From an uncultured delta proteobacterium (GTDB taxonomy: Bacteria; Myxococcota_A; Polyangia; Haliangiales; Haliangiaceae), in contig CAWKDB010000010.1 of NCBI GenBank assembly GCA_963848295.1, positions 1,664,001 to 1,728,000 of the forward strand: a stretch of 64,000 bases of DNA. The letters run 5' to 3'. How positions within the stretch are numbered: the first letter of the stretch is position 1; each line of letters opens with the position of its first letter. Under the pieces are notes generated by a model, which was not told the DNA's origin, did no database searches, and saw nothing but the letters and a program-made list of their open reading frames with translations. Positions 37,125-45,605 of the stretch are shown in pieces. The translations under genes and the position numbers were made by a program.

Positions 37125-39206
37125 TTAGCCGTTCTGTCGGCGGCGCACGACGACGGCGAGCAGATCTTCGCTCGGCGGACCGGCGCGCAACGCGGTCTCG
37201 ACCACCACGCTCGCGAGCCGGCCGCCGGCCGGCGCGATCTCGCGCAGGGTCTCGAGCCAACGCGCGTCATCGTTGCCGCGCAGCCCGGTCGAGGCGACGA
37301 CGACGAGCGTCGCAGGTGGATAGCCGGTGCGGCCTCGCGTCGCGATCGACAAGCTCGCACCGCTGTGCTCGCCGCTCGCGCCTGGCCCGATCGCGATCGG
37401 CCTCGGTCGCGGACCGCCGCGCGCGGAGCCGGCCGGAAACTCGGCGTCGATGTCGATCGGCCCGACGAGTGCCGCGCCGGGATGTCCGGCGCACGCCCAC
37501 TCGATCAGCTGCTGGTCGGCGTCGAGGATCGCGAGGAACGCCGCGACCGGCTCGCCGCCTCGCATCACGCCGTCCGCGCTCGCTTGCATCGCCTCGAGCA
37601 GCTCGTCGAGCCGCAAGCCCGATGCTCCAGTCGTCGCCGCCGCAAAAGCGCCGGTCACCGCCGCGGTCGCGAGCGCGGCAGCGACACCGTGCGCCTGGGA
37701 TTCGGTGACGAGCAACGCGAGCCGGCCGTCGCCGAGCTCGGTCGCCGACCAGCCCGCGCCGCCGCGCTTCGCGGTGCGATACTCCACCATCACCGCCCAC
37801 CGTCCGAGCTCGGCATCGCGGCTCGCCGAGGCCTGCAGGCGCAGCGCGTCGGCGACCTCGACCTCGCGTTCCGTCTCGCGTTCGCGCGCCGCGGATCGCG
37901 CGAGCCCGATGAACGTCATCGCGCGTGCCGCGGCTCGCGCCGACTCGATGATCAGCCCGCGCTCGCCTTCGCGCAACGCGCGATCGTACGTCGCCTCGAC
38001 CAGACCGACGAGCTCGCCGCGATCGACGAGCGGCACGAGCAAGTCGACGCCGCGCGCCGCCGCGAGCGCCTCGAGCGGCCCGCGATTCGTACCGAGCCGC
38101 ATCGTCGCGAGATCGGTGACCGCGAGCGCTTCGCTCGACCGGACGAACCAGGCGGCGAGCTGCGGCGCCAGTTGCCAGTGTTGACCGTTCGAGACGAGCT
38201 CGCCGGCCTCGGTCCACCACGTCGCGCTAACCTCGATGCCGATCGAGCGCTTCCATAGCGTCGCCAACCGTTCGGCGATCGCCGCGCCGGTGTCGAGCTC
38301 GGTCACTCGCGCGACGAACTGCTCGAGGGCGCGCTCGCCCGCGACCCGCACAGGTCGGCGGCGCCCGAGCGTCCATGCGATGCCGGTCACGATCGTCCAC
38401 GCGCTCGCTCCGATCGCCGCGAGCACGACCGGCGACCCGTCGGGCAGCGCGACCGCGACACCGCCGACCACGACGGCGATCGTGCCGAAGCCGCCGACCT
38501 CGACCGCGATGCCGCGATCGAGCCCTTGCGGCCGCAGCAGATCGGTCGCGAGCACGAGATACAGCGTCAACGACGCCGCGATCAAGGCGGCGAGCCAGGC
38601 GACCGGATAGCTGCCGCCTTGGTGGTACAGCAACAACGTGTCGCTCGAGCCGAGCGCGCCGAGCACGAACACGCCGATCATCATCCGCACGATTCGCCGC
38701 CGCTCGCCGCGCGGGGTCGACCGCCCGACGATCACGAGCCCGACTCCGAGCCAGCCGACGAGCAGCGACAAGTGGATCGCTGTCAACGGCCCGGGCTGGA
38801 CGTAGTACATCCCCGATGACAGCTGCTGGACGCCCGGTACCGTCCATGGCGTCGCCCAACACGCGATCGTGAAGACGGTCCCGATCACCCCCGAGATCCG
38901 CGCGAGCCAGCGATAGCGCTCGAGCTGCCCGCTGACCCCGAGCAAGACGAGCAACAGGTTGGGCCCGACGAGCGCGATCGGCGCATTGCCCAGCCGCAAC
39001 AACCGGGTCGCGACCTCGGGATCGTGCGTGCACGCGGCGAGTGCTTGGCACACCGCCCACGGCGCCGCACTGAACGCCGCGCTGATCACGCCGAGGCGCA
39101 ACACGCGGTCGCCGCGAACCAACGCCGCCGCGAGTGCGACCGCGAGTACGGCGACGGTGCACGCCACGTACGGCGCGCACAGCCAGCTCCACTGCAGGTC
39201 GAACAC
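37125..39206 (-). CDS. Multi-TM sensor, GAF-like domain and degenerate SpoIIE/RsbU-type phosphatase domain
   Basis: About 9 hydrophobic segments; LLVPLVDRGELVG; AHGVAAAL and WACAGHPG. Confidence 0.75.
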   Translation of the reverse strand: MFDLQWSWLCAPYVACTVAVLAVALAAALVRGDRVLRLGVISAAFSAAPWAVCQALAACTHDPEVATRLLRLGNAPIALVGPNLLLVLLGVSGQLERYRWLARISGVIGTVFTIACWATPWTVPGVQQLSSGMYYVQPGPLTAIHLSLLVGWLGVGLVIVGRSTPRGERRRIVRMMIGVFVLGALGSSDTLLLYHQGGSYPVAWLAALIAASLTLYLVLATDLLRPQGLDRGIAVEVGGFGTIAVVVGGVAVALPDGSPVVLAAIGASAWTIVTGIAWTLGRRRPVRVAGERALEQFVARVTELDTGAAIAERLATLWKRSIGIEVSATWWTEAGELVSNGQHWQLAPQLAAWFVRSSEALAVTDLATMRLGTNRGPLEALAAARGVDLLVPLVDRGELVGLVEATYDRALREGERGLIIESARAAARAMTFIGLARSAARERETEREVEVADALRLQASASRDAELGRWAVMVEYRTAKRGGAGWSATELGDGRLALLVTESQAHGVAAALATAAVTGAFAAATTGASGLRLDELLEAMQASADGVMRGGEPVAAFLAILDADQQLIEWACAGHPGAALVGPIDIDAEFPAGSARGGPRPRPIAIGPGASGEHSGASLSIATRGRTGYPPATLVVVASTGLRGNDDARWLETLREIAPAGGRLASVVVETALRAGPPSEDLLAVVVRRRQNG

Positions 39207-39216
39207 TTCGCCGATG

Positions 39217-39801
39217 TTACGGCGGGCCGACCTGAAGGGTCACGGCGTAGTCATTGAAGTTGCACGTACCGTTGCAATCGCCCTCGCCGGTCGGCGCGAC
39301 CTCGATGCCGTAGTGGCCGCTGTTCGCGAGCGCGCCGGTCAAGCATTGTTCGGCGTCGAGGCCCTGCGAATCGCCGCAGGCGTCGCTCGTCGCGATCACC
39401 GAGCTCGCATCGAGGTCCCAGAGCTGGACGTCGAGCACTTCGAACGCGAGCGGCGACTTCAAGCGGATCGTCGCGGCGATCGCACTGCAGTTCGCCGACG
39501 TGTCGAACACCAGCCAGTTCGCGCTGTCGCCCGCGGCGAGGCAGCCGTCGCTGTCGAGCGGCACGGTCGCGCAGCGCTGCACGCCGAGCGAGAAGCCTTG
39601 TGCCGCGGTGTCGTCGGGCTCGTGCAGCACCATCGGATCGCACGCGAACGGTTCCGCGGTCCCGGTGAACACGCACGTGCCATCGCCGCTGCATTCTTGG
39701 CCCGGTGGGCACAGCTCCTCGGAGCCACACAGATATGCGCCCTCGCCGATCGACGGCGAGCACGCGGCGAGCGCGAGCGCGGCGATCGCGAACGCGCGCA
39801 T
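39217..39801 (-). CDS. Cys-containing lipoprotein
   Basis: MRAFAIAALALAAC lipobox; TGATG coupling to the upstream gene. Confidence 0.7.
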   Translation of the reverse strand: MRAFAIAALALAACSPSIGEGAYLCGSEELCPPGQECSGDGTCVFTGTAEPFACDPMVLHEPDDTAAQGFSLGVQRCATVPLDSDGCLAAGDSANWLVFDTSANCSAIAATIRLKSPLAFEVLDVQLWDLDASSVIATSDACGDSQGLDAEQCLTGALANSGHYGIEVAPTGEGDCNGTCNFNDYAVTLQVGPP

Positions 39802-40415
39802 CAGAACGTCCATGCTCCGCCGAGGATCGCGCCGCCTGGAGTCGGAGCGACGGTCGGCTGCGGGCCATAGCCGTGCGGCCGGATCGCGGTGACTTCGTCC
39901 TTCGGTGCGGTGACGATGTACGCGATCGCCGCCGTGATCAGCGCGGCGCCGCCGAGCCCGTAGAACACGCCGGCCACGACGCCCGAGGTGTGCGCGCGGT
40001 CGTACGCCTTCTGATCGGCCGGCGTCCACGGGATCGCGGTCGCTTGCACGAGCGTGACCTTGTTCGCTTGCGACTGCGAATCGAGGTTGAATGCCACGCC
40101 GACGAGGCCGAGCACCGCAGCACCGCCGGCGATGCTGCCGAGCACGACCATGTTCTTCGTCGAGCGATCGCCGTGCGACGTGATCGTGTACACCGGTCCG
40201 ACCGGTTCCGGCTTGACCGCGCTCGGCGGTTGCGGCGCGGCCGGCGGTGGCGCGGGAGCCGGTTCGGGTGCCGTCGGTGTCGTCGGTGCCGTCGGTCTGG
40301 CCGGTGCGGGCTGCGGCGGTGGCGGCGCCGGTTCATCGGCGCGCGCTGAGGCACCCATCCCGGCGATCGCGAAGACCGTTGCGGACGCGATAGCGCGCTG
40401 GATCGCGGGGAGCAT
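39801..40415 (-). CDS. Secreted or membrane protein with Pro-rich linker
   Basis: Signal peptide, Pro-rich stretch, two hydrophobic segments, ends GGAILGGAWTF. Confidence 0.7.
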   Translation of the reverse strand: MLPAIQRAIASATVFAIAGMGASARADEPAPPPPQPAPARPTAPTTPTAPEPAPAPPPAAPQPPSAVKPEPVGPVYTITSHGDRSTKNMVVLGSIAGGAAVLGLVGVAFNLDSQSQANKVTLVQATAIPWTPADQKAYDRAHTSGVVAGVFYGLGGAALITAAIAYIVTAPKDEVTAIRPHGYGPQPTVAPTPGGAILGGAWTF

Positions 40416-40442
40416 CGGTATGCGGTGATACAATAGTCCTCG

Positions 40443-41111
40443 GTGTCGCGTCGCGCGCCCCGCTATCGGATCTCGCTATCGGCCACTGTCTCCCCGCTGC
40501 TCGGGGGTGACATCGTGGTGTGTCGCACCCGTGACGTCTCCGACGTCGGAATGTGCCTCGACACCGCGGCATGGTTGCCGGTCGGTACGCGCGTATCGGT
40601 CAGCCTCGCGGATCCCGCCGGTGGATCGCTCGAGACGATCGGCGACGTGGTGCGCGAGGCCAACGGCGTCAATCCGGCGCTCGGCGTGCTGCTGATCGAG
40701 CCGTCGCTCGAGTGGAAGTCGCTGGTCGCGCACGCGGCTCGCACGTCGGGCCCGATCGAGCGCGCTGGAAAGCGGATGCGGGTGCTCGTCGTCGGCGACG
40801 ATCATCGCCAGCGCGGCGCGATGGCGCTCTACGTGTCGAGCGGCTGGGACGTGTTGTTCGCGAGCGACGATCAGAGCGTGCGCGAAGCGCTCGACCACAT
40901 CCCGCTCGATGCGGTGATCGCGGAGCTCGATGCCGGCGACCCGCGCGTCGAAGGCATCATGGACGACGTCGAGCACGCGCAGCCTCAGGCGCGCCGGATC
41001 GTCCGCGGTATCGGCAAGGGCACGGTCGCGCTGGTCCATCGCTACGTCGATCGCGACGCCGGCCTCGAAGCGCTCGTCGACGCGGTGACCGCGAACTTCA
41101 CCGCCGGTTAG
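40443..41111 (+). CDS. PilZ domain plus receiver-like domain
   Basis: RRAPR and DVSDVG motifs; C-terminal RVLVVGDD. Confidence 0.75.
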   Translation: MSRRAPRYRISLSATVSPLLGGDIVVCRTRDVSDVGMCLDTAAWLPVGTRVSVSLADPAGGSLETIGDVVREANGVNPALGVLLIEPSLEWKSLVAHAARTSGPIERAGKRMRVLVVGDDHRQRGAMALYVSSGWDVLFASDDQSVREALDHIPLDAVIAELDAGDPRVEGIMDDVEHAQPQARRIVRGIGKGTVALVHRYVDRDAGLEALVDAVTANFTAG

Positions 41112-41150
41112 GTCGCTCGATCAGCCTGAGTGAGGATTCCCGGATCTGTT

Positions 41151-41648
41151 CTAGGTCGCCGGATAGTCGTCGTCGCCTTGGAGCTCGAGGCGGACGATGC
41201 TCGCGCGCTGTTTGTCGAGCACGTCGCGGAGCTGGCGCTGCGCCATCTCCTCGCGCAATCGCGCCGCTCGATCGCGCGCCGCACGCGCGACGGCTGCGAG
41301 TGACACGACGCGCGCGACCGACACCGCGACCTCGGTCGCCGCTTCGATCACCACCATGCGGTCGGCGGGATCGCGAAACGCGCGATCGACGGCGATCATC
41401 AGGCGATCGAACACGAGCTCGGCGTCGGTCACCACGACCTCTTCGGTGTCGCCCCACGCGAGTCGGCGAGCGACCGCGTCGTGCAACGTCAGATCGAGGC
41501 CGGATGCCGAATCGCCGCCGATCGACAGCGCGCGTAACAAGCCGTCGAACACTTCGGCGCCCGGCGGATCGCGATCGCCACGCTCGACGGTATCGAGCAC
41601 CTCGTCGCGCAACACGCGGATCGCTTCGACGAGATCGACGTCCGACAT
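41151..41648 (-). CDS. Hypothetical all-helical protein with C-terminal coiled coil
   Basis: TGATG overlap with the PP2C gene stop. Confidence 0.7.
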   Translation of the reverse strand: MSDVDLVEAIRVLRDEVLDTVERGDRDPPGAEVFDGLLRALSIGGDSASGLDLTLHDAVARRLAWGDTEEVVVTDAELVFDRLMIAVDRAFRDPADRMVVIEAATEVAVSVARVVSLAAVARAARDRAARLREEMAQRQLRDVLDKQRASIVRLELQGDDDYPAT

Positions 41649-43531
41649 CACCACTCCGTGTTGCCGCGTTGATCCCACGGCAGGCTCGGGTCTACGGTCG
41701 TCGCGAACTTGCGCTCGAGGTCGGCGCGCTTGCGCTCGGCGCGCTCGACTTGTTCGCGCAGTTGCTGGGTCTCGGCCTGGACCTCGCGCAGGCGGTCGGA
41801 GAACGGGGCGACCGCTTCCAGCACGAGCCCGGTGACCGCGCCGACGAGCCGTTGGTGCGCATTCGACAGCTCGCGCAACACCTTCGCGCGCATCGCGTCG
41901 GTCGACGAAGCTTGATGGACGCTCGATGCGGTGATGATCCGTACCTGATCGAGCGCATCGAACAGCGGCATGATGCCTTGATCGTCGACCGAACGAACCC
42001 CGTAGAGCTCGCGTGCCGCGACGACGGCGGCGGCAAAGCTGCCGGTGCGATCCGTGGAGATCACTTCGAGCGCCGACAAGATCTGGCGCGCGAGGTCGGC
42101 GCGAGGAGCGATGCGCTTGCGCGCGATCTCGAGCGTCTTGGCGATCTGCTGGATGAGCTCGTCGCTGAGCTGCGACGCGGTGACGCGGCGATCGGGGCGC
42201 AGGAATGGCACGGTCGGCTGATCGAGGAACCGCGCGCCGGTCGTATCCTCGGGGCCCGCCTCGACGATCGTTTCCTGGATCGCGCCGTGGATCGCGATGA
42301 GATCGGCGTCGACCTGACGGAGCCGATCAGCGAGGAGCCCGCCGATCGCGAGCTCGGCGACGACGAGCGCGCGACCGACCGCGACGTCGAGCAGAAACCC
42401 GAGCGCGGGATCGGTCGTTCGGACCTCCGCGATCACCGCGCGCGCGCAATCACCGAGCACGTCGACGAGCTCGCGCAGCGGCCCCCACGCGCCGTCCTTC
42501 CCGCTCGCAGCTCCTGGCTGAGCTTCGAGCGCGAAGCGCTCGAACCACGCGCTCGCGAGGTTCTGCGCGAACGTCCAGACGTTGACGCCAGTCGACTTCT
42601 CGAGATCGTGGAAGATCGCTTCGCACAGCGAGCGCGCCACTAGATCGATGGCCTCGTCGGGCTCGAGCCCGCGACAGATCGGGTTGGCGGCGAGTCCGCG
42701 CTCCTTCGCGACTTGCAGGAACCGTTGCCGGCGTTGCCACCAGCCGATCGCACCCGTCGTGCGCACGACCTGGGTCGAGCTCGGTGGCGCCGCCGGTGCT
42801 TCGATCACGATCGCCGACACGTTGTCGCCGCCGCCGCCGCGCAGCGCGAGATCGATCAAGTCACGGACGACATGCTCGGGCGCATCGCCGGAGCCGAGCT
42901 GATACTGGATCGCCTCGGCCGATGCGTACCCGTACAGCCCGTCCGAGCACAGCATCAGGCGATCGCCCGGGCGAAGCTCGACGTCGACCAAGTCGACGCG
43001 CGCGTCCGGTTTCGCGCCGAGGTTGCGCGACAACACGTTCTTGTACGGATGGCGCTCGGCCTCTTCGGCCGGCAGCAAGCCGCGATCGACGAGCTCCTCG
43101 ACGATCGTGTGATCCCGAGTCAGCACCTGGATCCGGTTGTTGCGCCACAGGTACGCGCGGCTGTCGCCGACGTGCGCGACGACCGCGTGCTTCGCATCGA
43201 CCACCAGACACGCGACGACGGTCGTGCCCATGCCGTGGCGCTCGCGATGGCCTTGTGCCGCCGCAAAGATCGCCGCCGACGCCATGTTGATCGCCTCGTC
43301 GAGCAATTGCCGCGGCGGGACTTGCCCCCAACGCTGCGAGATGAACTCGCGGATCGCGTCGCGCGCGGTTTGCGACGCGACATCGCCGGCGCTCGCGCCG
43401 CCCATGCCGTCGAGCACGACGTACAGGCCGCGCCCGGGCTCGACGATCATCGAGTCTTCGTTCGTCGTCCGGACCTTACCGATGTGGGTATCGCCGGCGA
43501 TCCGCATCCCGAGCTCGGCGGCGGTCGTCAC
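41648..43531 (-). CDS. PP2C-family Ser/Thr phosphatase with long helical C-terminal extension
   Basis: GKVRTTNED, LDGMGG, HVGDSRAY, LCSDGL, GGGDN. Confidence 0.9.
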   Translation of the reverse strand: MTTAAELGMRIAGDTHIGKVRTTNEDSMIVEPGRGLYVVLDGMGGASAGDVASQTARDAIREFISQRWGQVPPRQLLDEAINMASAAIFAAAQGHRERHGMGTTVVACLVVDAKHAVVAHVGDSRAYLWRNNRIQVLTRDHTIVEELVDRGLLPAEEAERHPYKNVLSRNLGAKPDARVDLVDVELRPGDRLMLCSDGLYGYASAEAIQYQLGSGDAPEHVVRDLIDLALRGGGGDNVSAIVIEAPAAPPSSTQVVRTTGAIGWWQRRQRFLQVAKERGLAANPICRGLEPDEAIDLVARSLCEAIFHDLEKSTGVNVWTFAQNLASAWFERFALEAQPGAASGKDGAWGPLRELVDVLGDCARAVIAEVRTTDPALGFLLDVAVGRALVVAELAIGGLLADRLRQVDADLIAIHGAIQETIVEAGPEDTTGARFLDQPTVPFLRPDRRVTASQLSDELIQQIAKTLEIARKRIAPRADLARQILSALEVISTDRTGSFAAAVVAARELYGVRSVDDQGIMPLFDALDQVRIITASSVHQASSTDAMRAKVLRELSNAHQRLVGAVTGLVLEAVAPFSDRLREVQAETQQLREQVERAERKRADLERKFATTVDPSLPWDQRGNTEW

Positions 43532-44001
43532 GAGCGGGGCCCGCCTTTGCGCTCGCGGTGCGCGAGCTCGTGCCACTGCGCAGTGCGGCGCGCGAGCTCG
43601 TCCGCGATCAGGTCGTTGACCGCTCGAGCGGTGCTCGCGGTGACGCGCGTCAGCAGGAGCGTGAGCTCGGCGCCTTCCGAGGTCCCGGCGCCGGACTCCT
43701 GTGCGACTTGTGCGGCCGTGTCGCCGATCGCGACGAGCATCGCGAGGACCGCCGCCGCGCCCTGAGCTTCGGCCGCGCGCATCGCCATGAACGTGTGCAG
43801 GAACGCGCGATGCATTCCGAGATCGCCGGTCGCGATGTAGTTGCCGAGGTGATCGAGCACCGCGCCGATCTGCGCCTTTGCAGTGGCATCGTCGACGCGC
43901 CCGAGCGACGGATCGAGGCTCGCTCGCATCTGGAGCAAGCGCTCCAAGATTTTCGGACGGAGGCCTTCGTAGGCCCTTGCCAGCGGCGGCGCCGTCGCCA
44001 T
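43528..44001 (-). CDS. Hypothetical all-helical protein (RsbR N-terminal/globin-like, tentative)
   Basis: GTGA overlap with the PP2C start; amphipathic helices throughout. Confidence 0.7.
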   Translation of the reverse strand: MATAPPLARAYEGLRPKILERLLQMRASLDPSLGRVDDATAKAQIGAVLDHLGNYIATGDLGMHRAFLHTFMAMRAAEAQGAAAVLAMLVAIGDTAAQVAQESGAGTSEGAELTLLLTRVTASTARAVNDLIADELARRTAQWHELAHRERKGGPRS

Positions 44002-44047
44002 TGTTGCGATGCTACACCGCGCGGCATCGGGGTGGTACGCTCCGTCC

Positions 44048-44815
44048 GTGAAAGGTGGGCGGATCCTCGTCGTCGATGACGAGCCGATGGTGAGAACCAC
44101 GTTGGGCCAGGTGCTCGCCGACGAAGGCTACGTCGTCGACATCGCCGTCGATGGGGTCGACGCGCTCGATCGCGTTCACGCTGCCCGGCCCGACGCGATT
44201 CTCCTGGATTTGCTGATGCCGGGCATGAACGGCCGGCAGTTCCTGCAAGCGCTGCGCGGCGAGTCCGAGTATGCCGAGGTCCCGGTGCTGATCATGACCG
44301 CGGTCCACGGCCTCAACGTGAATCTGTCGACGATCGGCGCGAGCGAGCTCGTCGAGAAGCCGTTCAACGTCGACGACCTACTCAACAAAGTGGCGCTCGC
44401 GGTCTACCGCTCGCGCGACGCCGGCGAGCCGACGACCGCGCCGATCGCCGTCGTCGTCGACCCGGCACCGGAGCCGATCGATCGCGGCGTCGTGCTCGTC
44501 GTCGAGCAAGATCGCGCACGGTTACAGCAGCTCGATCTCGTGCTGAGCAAGCACGGCTACACCGTGGTGTCGATGACGCGTGCGCTCGTCCAGCTCTCGA
44601 GACTCGCTCGCGCCTTGCGGCCGCGTGCGATCCTGCTCGATGTCTCGAGCGAGGGGGTCGGCGATGTGCTGCGCGAGCTGCGCGCCGAGAAGGAGGTCGC
44701 GCAGGTCGGTATCCTCGTGTTCGCGCGCGACGCCGCGAGTGGCTCGGCCGCGCCCGGTCTGCTCGAACGTGCCGCCGACGCCGACTTGCTCAGCTTCGTC
44801 GAGCGCCAGAACTGA
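44048..44815 (+). CDS. Response regulator with two receiver domains and no output domain
   Basis: ILVVDDE, LLDLLMPGMNG, KPF; second domain VLVVEQD...ILLDVS. Confidence 0.85.
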   Translation: MKGGRILVVDDEPMVRTTLGQVLADEGYVVDIAVDGVDALDRVHAARPDAILLDLLMPGMNGRQFLQALRGESEYAEVPVLIMTAVHGLNVNLSTIGASELVEKPFNVDDLLNKVALAVYRSRDAGEPTTAPIAVVVDPAPEPIDRGVVLVVEQDRARLQQLDLVLSKHGYTVVSMTRALVQLSRLARALRPRAILLDVSSEGVGDVLRELRAEKEVAQVGILVFARDAASGSAAPGLLERAADADLLSFVERQN

Positions 44816-45601
44816 TCAGTCGACGAGCGTGCCGTCGCGGCGCAGCTTGCGCCACGGGCCGCGATGGAGCTCGACCTCGGCGGTCCCCTGCACGAACGGC
44901 CGCACGGTCGAGAACCTCTTGGCCATCGGCAGGACCCAGCGGCCGGCATCGTCGATCGCGCCGTACGAGTACGGCGTGCCCTCTTGCTCTTCGACCCAGT
45001 GCACATCGCGATCGCCGCCCGTGCCGAGCGCGTAGTTGAGGACGCGATGCGGATCGTCGTCGCCCTCGTCGCGCATCACCGCGATGCGCTCGTCGGTCAA
45101 CCCTGCGACGAATCCGGCGATCCGCTCGATCTCACCGTCGAGCCACTCCGTGAACGTGCCGATCGGCTCGATCACGCCGCCTTCGACCAGCCACACGATC
45201 GATTCGCCGTCATCGTCGGGTCCTAATGCCCAGCCGACGATGTCGGACAGCTCGGTACCGGCGAAGAACGCGACCTTGCACTCGGTCGGCTTGCCTTCGA
45301 CCGCGGCGGGCATCTCGCCATCGAGATCGGCGACATCGGCGCTGATCCGCGCGATGTGCTCGGGCGGCAAGAACGACAGCCCGTCGCCGCAGTAGTAGCG
45401 AAACCCGAGGATCGGATAGCCGATCGCCGCCACGAGCTCGCGATAGTCGTCGGGCACGAGGTGCTCCCAGCGACTGCCGTGCGGGTGACGAGCGCGACGC
45501 GCGACGCGCAGATCAGCGGGCGCACGACTGATCGCCCAATCGATCCCGCGAGCGCGAATCCGTTGTTCGAGGGCGAGCCAGCGTTCGGCAAGCGTCGACA
45601 T
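44816..45601 (-). CDS. SMI1/KNR4-like protein with C-terminal WG-type repeat
   Basis: VPDDYRELVAAIG...GTFTEWL; YGAIDDAGRWVLP...RPFVQGTAEV. Confidence 0.6.
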   Translation of the reverse strand: MSTLAERWLALEQRIRARGIDWAISRAPADLRVARRARHPHGSRWEHLVPDDYRELVAAIGYPILGFRYYCGDGLSFLPPEHIARISADVADLDGEMPAAVEGKPTECKVAFFAGTELSDIVGWALGPDDDGESIVWLVEGGVIEPIGTFTEWLDGEIERIAGFVAGLTDERIAVMRDEGDDDPHRVLNYALGTGGDRDVHWVEEQEGTPYSYGAIDDAGRWVLPMAKRFSTVRPFVQGTAEVELHRGPWRKLRRDGTLVD

Positions 45602-45605
45602 CGGC

